From: Tolypothrix carrinoi HA7290-LM1
Lineage (GTDB): Bacteria > Cyanobacteriota > Cyanobacteriia > Cyanobacteriales > Nostocaceae
Assembly (NCBI GenBank): GCA_019358935.1
Contig: JAHHIK010000119.1
Span: 1-25,061, forward strand
Direction: 5' to 3'
DNA: 25,061 bases
Part shown: positions 12,090 to 21,086 of the stretch, one piece after another
Position numbering within the stretch: position 1 is the first letter of the stretch
Layout: each line of letters begins with the position of its first letter
Program-made: the position numbers and the translations under genes
The notes under the pieces: model-generated
The model's input: the letters and a program-made list of their open reading frames with translations, nothing else
Told to the model about the DNA's origin: nothing
Database searches by the model: none

Positions 12090-13400
12090 ATGACAGAATC
12101 ACAGCGTCCAGCAAATTCTACACTGATCGCAGCCCGTAATATCCCACCACTGCCCCCACCACCACCAGCAAGCTTAAGCACCCAGCGTCAGGCTACCCAA
12201 ACCCTGGACATGACACCAGAAAAGACTGCCAACCGTGCCGCGATGAATGCTGCACCACCTCCACCACCAGCCGAAAAAGCCTCTCATCGTCCGGGTACTC
12301 CACCACCAATGCCTGGTGCAGTTCCGAGAAAAAGCAGTTCGGGAATGACTTTAGCTCAATTGATTAAAGAAGCTTACGATAAAGGCTTTTCGGATATTCA
12401 TTTGGGTGTCGGTGAAGTGCCTCGCTTCCGCAACCGAGGAGAAATGCAGCCAACAGAATATCCAGAAACAGATAAAGAAACTTTTATCAGTTGGGTGCGG
12501 GAGGTGCTGACAGAAGGAGAACTTAAGCACTTTGAAGAACATTTAGAATTTGATGGAGCAACTCAGTACGACTTTGCCCGCGTGCGGATTAATATCTTTG
12601 ACTCTCTCAAAGGCTATGCGATGGTGATGCGGTTAATTCCGCTGAAAATCCTCACAATAGATCAATTAAACTTGCCCCCAGTTTTTCGCGATATCTGCCA
12701 CTACCATAAAGGTTTGATTTTAGTGACCGGTCCGACTGGTTCTGGTAAATCCACCACAATGGCGGCGATGGTTGATTACATTAATAAGGAGATGGCTAAA
12801 CACATCATCACCATCGAAGATCCAATCGAGTTTGTCCACAAAAGCCAAAAGTCGTTGGTTAAACAACGGGAAGTAGGAATGCACACCCGAAAATTTGACA
12901 ACGCTTTGAAAGCAGCTTTGCGGGAAGACCCAGATTTGATTCTGGTCGGGGAAATGCGGGATAAAGAAACGGTCAACACTGCCCTGAAAGCCGCTCAAAC
13001 AGGTCACTTGGTAATGGGAACCCTCCACACCAACAGCGCTGTGAAAACGATTGAAAGAATTCTTAATCTCTTCTCAGCTGGAGAACAGGATGCGATGCGG
13101 GTAGCGCTTGCTGAGTCTTTGGTGGCAGTAATTGCTCAAGGTTTGTGTCGCACGACTGATGGCAAACGTGCTGCTTTCCACGATATCCTAATTAATACCG
13201 ACGCAGTTAAAGAGTGGGTGAAAGACGGTAAATATGATGAAATTAGCGAGCTGATGAAGCAAGCTGGTTTTGACGGCATGATTACAATGAATCAGTCTCT
13301 GCTGAACCTTTATCAAGAAGGTCGCATTACTGAAGAAACAGCTTTGGAGATGTCACCAACTCCTAACGAAATGGCACAGTTTCTCCGAGGTCGAGTTTAA
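12090..13400 (+). CDS. pilT: Type IV pilus retraction ATPase (PilT2-like, Pro-rich N-terminus)
   Basis: Walker A GPTGSGKST, TIEDPIE, LREDPDLILVGEMRD and TGHLVMGTLHTNSA. Confidence 0.95.
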   Translation: MTESQRPANSTLIAARNIPPLPPPPPASLSTQRQATQTLDMTPEKTANRAAMNAAPPPPPAEKASHRPGTPPPMPGAVPRKSSSGMTLAQLIKEAYDKGFSDIHLGVGEVPRFRNRGEMQPTEYPETDKETFISWVREVLTEGELKHFEEHLEFDGATQYDFARVRINIFDSLKGYAMVMRLIPLKILTIDQLNLPPVFRDICHYHKGLILVTGPTGSGKSTTMAAMVDYINKEMAKHIITIEDPIEFVHKSQKSLVKQREVGMHTRKFDNALKAALREDPDLILVGEMRDKETVNTALKAAQTGHLVMGTLHTNSAVKTIERILNLFSAGEQDAMRVALAESLVAVIAQGLCRTTDGKRAAFHDILINTDAVKEWVKDGKYDEISELMKQAGFDGMITMNQSLLNLYQEGRITEETALEMSPTPNEMAQFLRGRV

Positions 13401-13402
13401 AG

Positions 13403-13580
13403 AGTTAGGAGGCGCGAAGTTAGGAGGCGCGTAGTTAGGAGGCGCGTAGTTAGGAGGCGCGAAGTAAGTCCTAAAAGTGCTTAGTGTTGAATTAACAACT
13501 CCTAACTCACCATTCCTAACTCATCACTCCTAACTCATCACTCCTAACTCTTAACTCATCACTCCTAACTCCTAACTCTC
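13403..13580. repeat. Inverted pair of short tandem repeat blocks (STRR-like)
   Basis: AGTTAGGAGGCGCG(A/T) x4 at 13403-13462 faces CTCCTAACT-containing repeats at ~13498-13580. Confidence 0.85.
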
Positions 13581-13590
13581 AAAAACGCCC

Positions 13591-14346
13591 TTGAATCCAG
13601 ATAAACCACTTTTACCCCAGTTGTTTAAGGGCATTGCGCTATTTACACCTGGAGGAGATTTAATTTATTGCATCGACCCTGGCAAAAAAGGTCGATGGCA
13701 TTTGCATTTGTGCGCTTTTTTACAAGAAATTTTAGACTTACCAGAACCGCCTCATTTTTTAGTGCCTTGCTACACGGCAACTATTGACCACTGGTTAGAT
13801 CCGCGCACTCAACAAATACGAACTTTTGCGGAAGCTTATCCGCTGGTAATGCGACATCAAGCTGTGCTGAATGCTGTTTTTGGCACGGGGGATTTAGTTT
13901 GGCAAGCTGCCCCGTGGCAAGAGGGATTGTGCGATCGCATGGTATTATCTAGTTATCGATCTTCATTTGGGCAACTTTGGGAAGACCATGATTTAATTGT
14001 CCGCTTAGAATTCTCTCAAGCTCAAGTATCTCCAGAACCGATCGCCGCAATCCAAAAAGCCGAACCGAAAACCCAAGGCTTTGTTCTTCGCTTATTTGTT
14101 GCCGGACATAGTGCCAACACTGAACGCATTCTTCAAAATTTACACGAATTGTTAGAGCGATCGCTTAAACATGCTTACACTTTAAAAGTCATTGATGTTT
14201 TGACAAATCCTGAACAAGCAGAACTCGATCAAGTTTCCGCAACTCCCACCCTGGTTAAAGTTTGGCCCCACCCAATTCGACGAATGGCTGGGGATTTGGA
14301 TAATGTGGAAAAAATCTTGCAAATGTTAGGAACTAAAAAAGGCTGA
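13591..14346 (+). CDS. KaiB-domain protein (C-terminal KaiB-like domain)
   Basis: FVLRLFVAG...YTLKVIDVL..PEQAE...V.ATPTLVKVWP.PIRR..GDL matches KaiB; the long N-terminal domain means it is not canonical KaiB. Confidence 0.85.
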   Translation: MNPDKPLLPQLFKGIALFTPGGDLIYCIDPGKKGRWHLHLCAFLQEILDLPEPPHFLVPCYTATIDHWLDPRTQQIRTFAEAYPLVMRHQAVLNAVFGTGDLVWQAAPWQEGLCDRMVLSSYRSSFGQLWEDHDLIVRLEFSQAQVSPEPIAAIQKAEPKTQGFVLRLFVAGHSANTERILQNLHELLERSLKHAYTLKVIDVLTNPEQAELDQVSATPTLVKVWPHPIRRMAGDLDNVEKILQMLGTKKG

Positions 14347-14549
14347 AAGATAAACGATGAAAATAAGAAGTTATAATGAACATCTTCAATCGCGAATTCG
14401 GTTAGCGCCCAAGGTTTATCATTAAAATAGTCTTTCATCGCAGAGATAATTTCTGGAAAACCAGTATTCTGGTTGTACCAATCGGTATGAGAAAACTTTC
14501 CATAAAATATAGTCTAACATAGTCAGGTATAGTCGAAAAACCTCACCTG

Positions 14550-15135
14550 ATGAAATTATCTGATTATGCTAAAACATTAGGGATTTCCTACCTTACAGCT
14601 TGGCGGCATTACAAAGCAGGTAAGATACCGTACCCTACAGAACAGCTTCCTACAGGTACGGTGATTGTTGATTACGATCCAAAAAAGACCCCAGGAAGAC
14701 TTAATAGGGCTGCCATTTACGCTCTTAGTATCAAGTGCGGAAAACAAAGATAATCTGGATAGACAGGCAGAGCGATTAATTCAATATGCAATCTTAAAGG
14801 GATATCAGGTTGTCGATGTTGTAAAGGAAGTAGGCAGCGGACTGAATGACAATCGCAAGAAACTAGAAAAGCTTTTACTCAAAGATGACTACGAGATTTT
14901 AGTAGTAGAACACAAGGATAGACTAGGCAGGTTCGGTACACATTACATAGATATTTTACTTAAAAGATTGGGAGTAACTTTAGAAGTTGTTAATTTAGCC
15001 GACAACGGACGGGATGAATTAATGCAAGACTTAGTAGCAATAATTACGAGCTTTGCAGCACGGTTATATGGTCAGCGTAGAGCAAAACGCAAAACAGAAA
15101 AGATTGTGGAAGCGTTGAATTCTGCCAGAGACTGA
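14550..15135 (+). pseudogene. tnpA: IS607 serine transposase, frameshifted at ~14724
   Basis: The HTH-like N-terminus and AAIYA lie in one frame; VSSAENKDNLDRQ, EVGSGLNDNRK and HKDRLGRFG lie in the next. Confidence 0.9.
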
Positions 15136-15209
15136 AAGCTATTTTATAGTCAAACATATCCTAGTCTATCTTTGATGATATACTAATGTCATCTGAAAAA
15201 TGATAGGCA

Positions 15210-16478
15210 ATGCGTCAAGTAGAAAAGCACGTAATCAAGGATGGACATGAATGGTTTGATTATTGCAGCGAGATTACCACGGTTTCTCGCCAGCTTTATA
15301 ACACTGCTCAATTCACTCAACGCCAAGGTTTTTTCTATGGCTGGGGGACGAAATCACAGGCTAAATTAGACACGCTATTCAAGCAAAACGAAAACTACAA
15401 GGCAATGCCAGCGAAAGTAGCGCAACTCGTTTTGAAACAGAATGCAGATGCTTGGATTGCTTACTACAAGGCATTGTCAGCTTATAAAATTGACTCAACC
15501 AAGTTTACAGGTAAACCAAAACCACCTAATTATGTTGATGTAACAAACCTAGTTAAGTTCAATAATCAAGCGATTGGTAAAAAAGAATTTCTTCATGGTT
15601 CCATTGTCCCATCAATGTCACCAATCAGGATTCCAGTCAAACCTGGACTGAAATTTGAGGACTTGTGCGAAGTACGAATTATCCCAAAAACCGGATGCTT
15701 CGTTATCGAAATAGTCTATCAGATTCCAGAACCGTCAGAGTTCTTTTGTAGTTTAAATCCTCGACTAAATGCGGCGATAGATATTGGGTTAGATAATCTA
15801 GCAACAATTGTTTTTAACGACCCAGCGATACAGCCGATTATTCTAAACGGTAAACCATTGAAATCGGTAAACCAGTTTTACAATAAGCAGATAGCTAAAT
15901 TTCGAGGTTTTCTACCCAATGACAGAGGTAGGTCAAGGCGAATTGCAAATATCGTTCGTAATCGCAATCATTTTCTAGATTCCTACATCCATCAAACCAC
16001 AAAAATGATTGTGGATGAGTTTAAGAGTCTTGGTGTAACTCACGTATCGATAGGCAAGAATGAGCAATGGAAAACTCATCTTAATTTAGGTAAGCGCACA
16101 AACCAAAACTTTACTCAAATACCACACGCAATATTTATCGAGATACTGACTTACAAACTAGAACAAGTCGGCATCACAGTTAAGGTTGCAGAAGAATCTT
16201 ACACGAGCAAGGCTTCTGCGATTGATTGGGACATCATCCCAATATACCAACCTAACAACAAGACAAAGCACGTATTCTCAGGGAAACGTGTCAAACGTGC
16301 GTGGTATGTGAGTCAAGATGGTTTCAAAATTCATGCCGATGTCAATGCAGCACTAAACATCGGCAGAAAAAGTAATCCTGAAGGATTTAGCACTCTCAAG
16401 TCTATTCTAAGGGATAGGGGATGTCTGGTAGTACATCCAAGGCGGATAACTCCACTATTTAAGCGTGAACACGGCTGA
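15210..16478 (+). CDS. tnpB: RNA-guided endonuclease TnpB
   Basis: RuvC motifs AIDIGLDNLA, EESYTSK and IHADVNAALNI; uninterrupted 422 aa directly after tnpA. Confidence 0.93.
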   Translation: MRQVEKHVIKDGHEWFDYCSEITTVSRQLYNTAQFTQRQGFFYGWGTKSQAKLDTLFKQNENYKAMPAKVAQLVLKQNADAWIAYYKALSAYKIDSTKFTGKPKPPNYVDVTNLVKFNNQAIGKKEFLHGSIVPSMSPIRIPVKPGLKFEDLCEVRIIPKTGCFVIEIVYQIPEPSEFFCSLNPRLNAAIDIGLDNLATIVFNDPAIQPIILNGKPLKSVNQFYNKQIAKFRGFLPNDRGRSRRIANIVRNRNHFLDSYIHQTTKMIVDEFKSLGVTHVSIGKNEQWKTHLNLGKRTNQNFTQIPHAIFIEILTYKLEQVGITVKVAEESYTSKASAIDWDIIPIYQPNNKTKHVFSGKRVKRAWYVSQDGFKIHADVNAALNIGRKSNPEGFSTLKSILRDRGCLVVHPRRITPLFKREHG

Positions 16479-16539
16479 AAGTAGAGTTGCTTAAACCTAA
16501 ATTGCAAACGTCTGACTATACTTGACTATGTGATTTGGA

Positions 16540-16777
16540 ACTATTAACATAGATATGAAAGCCGATATAACAGATACGCCGTTAGAAAATACTGTTGTTC
16601 CAGAGAAAAGTCTAGGTTCCCCGAAGTCAAGAGTTTTGCTCAAAGTAGTTAGAGCTGCTTGCCATTGAGTGCGATCGCACTCAATGGCAAGCACTCAGCC
16701 TTAGAAATACTGCCAATTATTGCAACGATAGTTGTGCTAGCAACAGCAACTGCAAATCTTTGATAGATACGAGCCAT
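16540..16777 (-). pseudogene. 5' remnant of a secreted-protein gene
   Basis: Signal-peptide-like MARIYQRFAVAVASTTIVAIIGSISKAE|AALTT is broken by a palindromic insert and cut by IS607. Confidence 0.5.
16656..16693. repeat. Perfect 38-bp palindrome centred on HIP1
   Basis: TGCTTGCCATTGAGTGCGA|TCGCACTCAATGGCAAGCA. Confidence 0.95.
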
Positions 16778-16821
16778 ACTTAGTCCTTATTTTTCTAAAA
16801 GAGACTATAGTCGATTCTTAT

Positions 16822-17013
16822 CGTCGCTTCGCTCCTGGGTGTGGGGTGTGGGGTGTGGGGTGTGGGGAAAACTTTCATGTTTTGTACATCCCGCACCCAG
16901 GAGCAATTGGGTTTAAAACCCCACCGTCGATCTTCGTGTCTCCAATTGGTTAGGTGCTGCACCGATCCAATTGACCCCTACACCCACTCAGCCACACCCT
17001 ACCCCCTGTTCAA
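16822..17013 (+). mobile_element. 192-bp MITE related to the 7794-7989 element
   Basis: Preceded by TTAT and ends in TTCAA. It shares the core CAA(C/T)TGGGT(A/T)TAAAACCCCACCGTC and has GGGGTGT heptamers with degenerate inverted copies. Confidence 0.75.
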
Positions 17014-17206
17014 CTCACAAATTCTGTATTAATACGTACCTTTGCTCAATATTTAATGTCAGATAAAGTCTGGAGAAAGACTTGTCCGCTGCCTTGACGT
17101 AAGCCTTACCATAAGATACGCGATCGCAGAAGAGTGAAATTAGTTGTGATACAAATAGATGAAATGCAGACGCGATACCAAGCGTCTCTACAAGCTCCAG
17201 TATCTA

Positions 17207-17515
17207 TTACATCTCAAACGAAATGGTATGAAGTAACTTTGTAACAATTTGCTCCCATTCCTGATTTAATTCGCCGGTAAACTCTGGTTTGCCACTGCGA
17301 TTGTACCAATATCGCGCATTATTCAAATCGCCTTCTTTACGGTGCAAGTACGCATGAACCCAAGCACTGTCAACATCGCTGGCATCGTTTAAAATATTAT
17401 GTGCTTTGTGCCAATCTCCTTTTTTATCATACCACAAAGCTTGCAGTGTTTCTGGCAGAAAAGATGGACATTTTTCTTGTTTTTCAAGCAATTGCATAAA
17501 TTCATTTAATGTCAT
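17207..17515 (-). CDS. Conserved hypothetical protein (102 aa)
   Basis: LQALWYD.KGDW.KAH...AWVHAYLHRKEGD..NARYWY is a recognisable widespread small-protein pattern. Confidence 0.8.
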   Translation of the reverse strand: MTLNEFMQLLEKQEKCPSFLPETLQALWYDKKGDWHKAHNILNDASDVDSAWVHAYLHRKEGDLNNARYWYNRSGKPEFTGELNQEWEQIVTKLLHTISFEM

Positions 17516-17841
17516 AATGCCAAACCTGATAAAACTCTAAATAAGTTATAGCGTTTTTTGATATCATCATCGCTAGAAGAACTGTTTTGACAAGTTTTTC
17601 TTAAGAGTGCGATCGCAGTCGCATTTCCCGGATCGTACACTTTTCCTAAACTATATGCAGCGTTCCAACAGTCGAAATCGTTTTCGCTTTTAATGCATAG
17701 CTCGTCGGTGTTGTCATCTCCTTTAGTTTGGGGATTCCCCCAAGTCTATCAACTTACCCTAGTTTTCTAATCCTTATTTTATTAGCTTTTTGGCTCGTAG
17801 ATAGTCTATTGGCTCAAGGGAAATTCTCCAGAGTATATTGA

Positions 17842-18042
17842 TTCAGCTTCAGAAGCTCAACTTTCAGCTTCAGAAGCTCAACTTTCAGCCTCAGAAGCTC
17901 AACTTTCAGCCTCAGAAGCTCAACTTTCAGCCTCAGAAGCTCAACTTTCAGCTTCAGAAGCTCAACTTTCAGCCTCAGAAGCTCAACTTTCAGCTTCAGA
18001 AGCTCAACTTTCAGCTTCAGAAGCTCAACTTTCAGCTTCAGA
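17842..18042. repeat. 21-bp tandem repeat, ~9.5 copies
   Basis: Unit TTCAGC(T/C)TCAGAAGCTCAACT. Confidence 0.95.
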
Positions 18043-18527
18043 ACAGAAAACTTCTAATTTAGAACAAGAAACTTGACTTTTAACTTTTAACAATGGCAGA
18101 TTTGAGAAGTGCATAAAGCGCAAATGCGATTTGACTGGGGATCGTTTCCGGGTTTCATGGCATCTGGGTGGGTGGAAAACTTACTGCGCTCTCAGATAGT
18201 TTACACTTTTAGACAGTTCCAGATGCAACGCTTTATCACTAACCTAAATCCTTAGGGAGAAAATCATATTGTCTAAGCGATCGTCCGGGAAAATGGAGAG
18301 ATAGAATATCTGAAAACTTACCGTCACTTCAGCTGCACAAACCCGTCGAGTTTACTTACGAGCGTCAGTTAGCTGAATATAACTAAAACTTAGATCAAGC
18401 GCTAAGGCACTTTTCTACACTCGTGAGGAGTTAGTGTCTGGGATGGAAAAAGTTGCTTTTGGATATTTACACAAATCAACAGATACGTGATGCTGCACGC
18501 AAAGCGAGAAAGTAGGATGGGATAAAA

Positions 18528-19307
18528 GTGAAATTGCGACCAAAAGATAATTTAGAGCGATCGTGGATTGTCCGCTTTGGAGCTGCTATGCTGCTTTTTG
18601 GTCAAGTTTGGCTGCATTTACTCCAAGGAAAAATGCACAACCGTCATATTATGGAACATATGGTAAAAGCGGGACCTGCTTCTATCTTTCCAGTTTTGCT
18701 GGTGAATGGTTTTGCAGGGATGATTTTTACCATTGAGACGGCAAGAGAATTAGTCCGATTTGGTGCGGTAAATGCTATCGGTGGTGCTTTTGCTTTAGCT
18801 TTCTGCCGCGAATTAGCTCCTATTTTAACAGGTTGTATAATTGCCGGACAAGTCGGTTCTGCTTTTGCGGCAGAAATCGGTGCAATGCGAGTCACAGAGC
18901 AAATTGATGCACTTTATATGCTGAGAACCGATCCAATTGATTATCTAGTTCTTCCGAGAGTCATTGCTTGCTGTTTGATGGTGCCGTTATTAACAATTTT
19001 TGCCTTAGTTATCGGCATAGTTGGCGGAATTTTTGCCGCCTTCCAATTTTACCAGATAGAACCCGAAACATTTTTAGATTCAGTTAGAAGTTTTTTAGAA
19101 CCGTCAGATTTGCTGATTATTTTGCTGAAAGGATTTCTCTTTGGTTCAATGATTGCTGTCCTGGGTTGTAGTTGGGGACTAACTACCAAAGGAGGAGTAA
19201 AACAAGTAGGAGAATCAGCAACTGCGGCAGTTGTTACTACCTGGGTGTCAATTTTTGTGATTGACTTTGTTTTATCTTTGCTGCTATTTGATAAACCGAT
19301 ATTTTAG
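18528..19307 (+). CDS. mlaE: MlaE-family lipid ABC transporter permease
   Basis: RELAPILTG...GQVGSAFAAEIGAMRVTEQIDAL...P..YLVLPRV and VGESATAAVV. Confidence 0.92.
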   Translation: MKLRPKDNLERSWIVRFGAAMLLFGQVWLHLLQGKMHNRHIMEHMVKAGPASIFPVLLVNGFAGMIFTIETARELVRFGAVNAIGGAFALAFCRELAPILTGCIIAGQVGSAFAAEIGAMRVTEQIDALYMLRTDPIDYLVLPRVIACCLMVPLLTIFALVIGIVGGIFAAFQFYQIEPETFLDSVRSFLEPSDLLIILLKGFLFGSMIAVLGCSWGLTTKGGVKQVGESATAAVVTTWVSIFVIDFVLSLLLFDKPIF

Positions 19308-19325
19308 GCGATAACATTGTAGCGC

Positions 19326-19404
19326 GTAGGGTGCGTTATGCTGCGCTAACGCACCGCAGTCATAAATCATGGTGCGTTTCGGCGAATGCCGAAACGCACC
19401 CTAC
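19326..19404. repeat. GTAG-type REP doublet between convergent genes
   Basis: GTAGGGTGCGTT..AACGCACC and an inverted copy GGTGCGTTT..AAACGCACCCTAC. Confidence 0.8.
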
Positions 19405-19427
19405 ATGCTATATTCCTGATATTATTC

Positions 19428-20519
19428 CTACACATTAAATCGGAATAACATCACATCTCCTTCTTGCACAACATACTCTTTACCCTCACTTCTGACTAAT
19501 CCTTTTTCCTTTGCCGCAGTCATCGAACCAGTTGTCACCAAATCATTGTAAGCAACAGTTTCGGCGCGAATAAATCCCCGTTCAAAATCAGTGTGAATCA
19601 CACCAGCAGCTTGAGGTGCAGACATACCAGCATGAATTGTCCAAGCGCGGGTTTCTTTTTCGCCAGATGTGAAATAAGTTCTTAAACCTAAAAGCGCGTA
19701 AGTTGCACGAATCAAAGATTTTAAACCACCTTCTTCTACACCCAAAGATGCGAGAAAATCAGCTTTATCTTCTTCTGGTAACTCAATCAATTCTGATTCC
19801 ACTTGAGCGGAAACTACCACAACTTCAGCATTTTCTTGGCTGGCAATTTGCCGCACCTTCTCGACAAAATCATTACCACTTGCCAAGTCATCTTCCGAGA
19901 CATTGGCAGCATAAATAATCGGTTTACTTGTGAGTAATCCCAATCCTTTAATTATCTCAGTTTCTTCTTCAGTCAAACCAAATTGGCGGACTGATTTGCC
20001 TTCATTTAATGTTGCTGCTAATTTCTCTAAGAGTGTTAATTCTAACTGTCCTTCTTTGTTAGTACGCGCTAGTTTGCGAGTGCGTTCAATGCGGCGTTCA
20101 ATTTGTGACAAATCAGCTAAACCGAGTTCTAAATTGATGATTTCAATATCCCGCACTGGATCTACTGAACCGGAAACGTGGATAATATCATCATTCTCAA
20201 AACAGCGCACTACATGCACGATCGCATCGACTTCGCGAATGTGGGAGAGAAATTGATTTCCCATTCCCTCACCTTTGCTTGCACCTTTAATCAAACCGGC
20301 TATATCGACAAATTCCACCTGAGCAGGCACAATTTTCTTCGCAGCAGAAATCTTAGCCAAAACATTTAAACGTTCATCTGGCACGGAAACAATGCCGACA
20401 TTCGGGTCTTTGGTACAAAAAGGAAAATTAGCAGCTTCCGCTTTGGCATTTTCCACCAAAGCGTTGAACAAAGTAGATTTTCCCACGTTGGGAAGTCCGA
20501 CAATTCCGGCTCTTAGCAT
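19428..20519 (-). CDS. ychF: Obg-family ATPase YchF
   Basis: GIVGLPNVGKSTLFNAL, ANFPFCT, DIAGL and a C-terminal TGS domain ending EGKEYVVQEGDVMLFRFNV. Confidence 0.98.
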   Translation of the reverse strand: MLRAGIVGLPNVGKSTLFNALVENAKAEAANFPFCTKDPNVGIVSVPDERLNVLAKISAAKKIVPAQVEFVDIAGLIKGASKGEGMGNQFLSHIREVDAIVHVVRCFENDDIIHVSGSVDPVRDIEIINLELGLADLSQIERRIERTRKLARTNKEGQLELTLLEKLAATLNEGKSVRQFGLTEEETEIIKGLGLLTSKPIIYAANVSEDDLASGNDFVEKVRQIASQENAEVVVVSAQVESELIELPEEDKADFLASLGVEEGGLKSLIRATYALLGLRTYFTSGEKETRAWTIHAGMSAPQAAGVIHTDFERGFIRAETVAYNDLVTTGSMTAAKEKGLVRSEGKEYVVQEGDVMLFRFNV

Positions 20520-20582
20520 TTTGGATTTTAGATTTTGGATTAAAGTCCGATCGCTATCTTACAAAATTACCAAGAATTAGTT

Positions 20583-20780
20583 TTAGACTGGTTCAGGAAT
20601 TGTTTGGGGAATTGGACTGGGAACCGGCTGGGGAATCGGAGCTGGTACTGGTTGTGGTATCGGCTCAGGTATTGGTTGGGGAGTCGTTGGTTCCGGACTA
20701 GGTGCGGGACCCGGTAGCGGATTCGGTTCGGGAGTGGGAATCTGTGGTTCGGGTATAGATATAGCAGTCGGATTAATCAT
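20583..20780 (-). CDS. Small Pro-rich protein (65 aa)
   Basis: MINPTAISIPEPQIP..., with P(I/V)P(Q/E/A/S) tetrapeptide repeats in varied codons. Confidence 0.6.
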   Translation of the reverse strand: MINPTAISIPEPQIPTPEPNPLPGPAPSPEPTTPQPIPEPIPQPVPAPIPQPVPSPIPQTIPEPV

Positions 20781-20867
20781 GGTAAGTCTATATAAATTAT
20801 TCAACTTTCCCAACCTAGATGACAACTTCAACTGCCGACATCCTCCAAAAGGCTACACCCAAGGGAA

Positions 20868-21076
20868 GGGGGAGAGGGGGAGAGGGGGACAAGGGGGACA
20901 AGGGGGACAAGGAGGATAGGGGGGACAAGGGGGACAAGGAGGACAAGGGGGAGCAGGGAGCTTTCTTGAGCAATCTTATCGCTGGCGGAAAAATATTTCT
21001 TCTTTCTTACCCATTACCCATTACCCATTACCCATTACCCATTACCCATTACCCATTACCCATTACCCATTACCCA
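20868..21076. repeat. STRR blocks: GGGGACAAG-like 9-mers and (TTACCCA) x10
   Basis: 9-mers at ~20868-20960; ten exact heptamers at 21007-21076. Confidence 0.92.
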
Positions 21077-21086
21077 ATGCCCAAAA

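Larger units (their letters stand above)
14498..16539 (+). mobile_element. IS607-family element
   Basis: Serine-recombinase tnpA plus tnpB. The left end has ATAGTC x3 and the right end has inverted GACTAT x2. Boundaries are approximate. Confidence 0.88.

Noticed and set aside
14229..14497. Minus-strand ORF as the 3' half of the gene split by IS607
   Set aside because: Plausible, but I could not establish the junction frame or a protein family, and much of it is antisense to the KaiB-domain gene.
17842..18042. Possible second CRISPR array
   Set aside because: The units are head-to-tail with no unique spacers.
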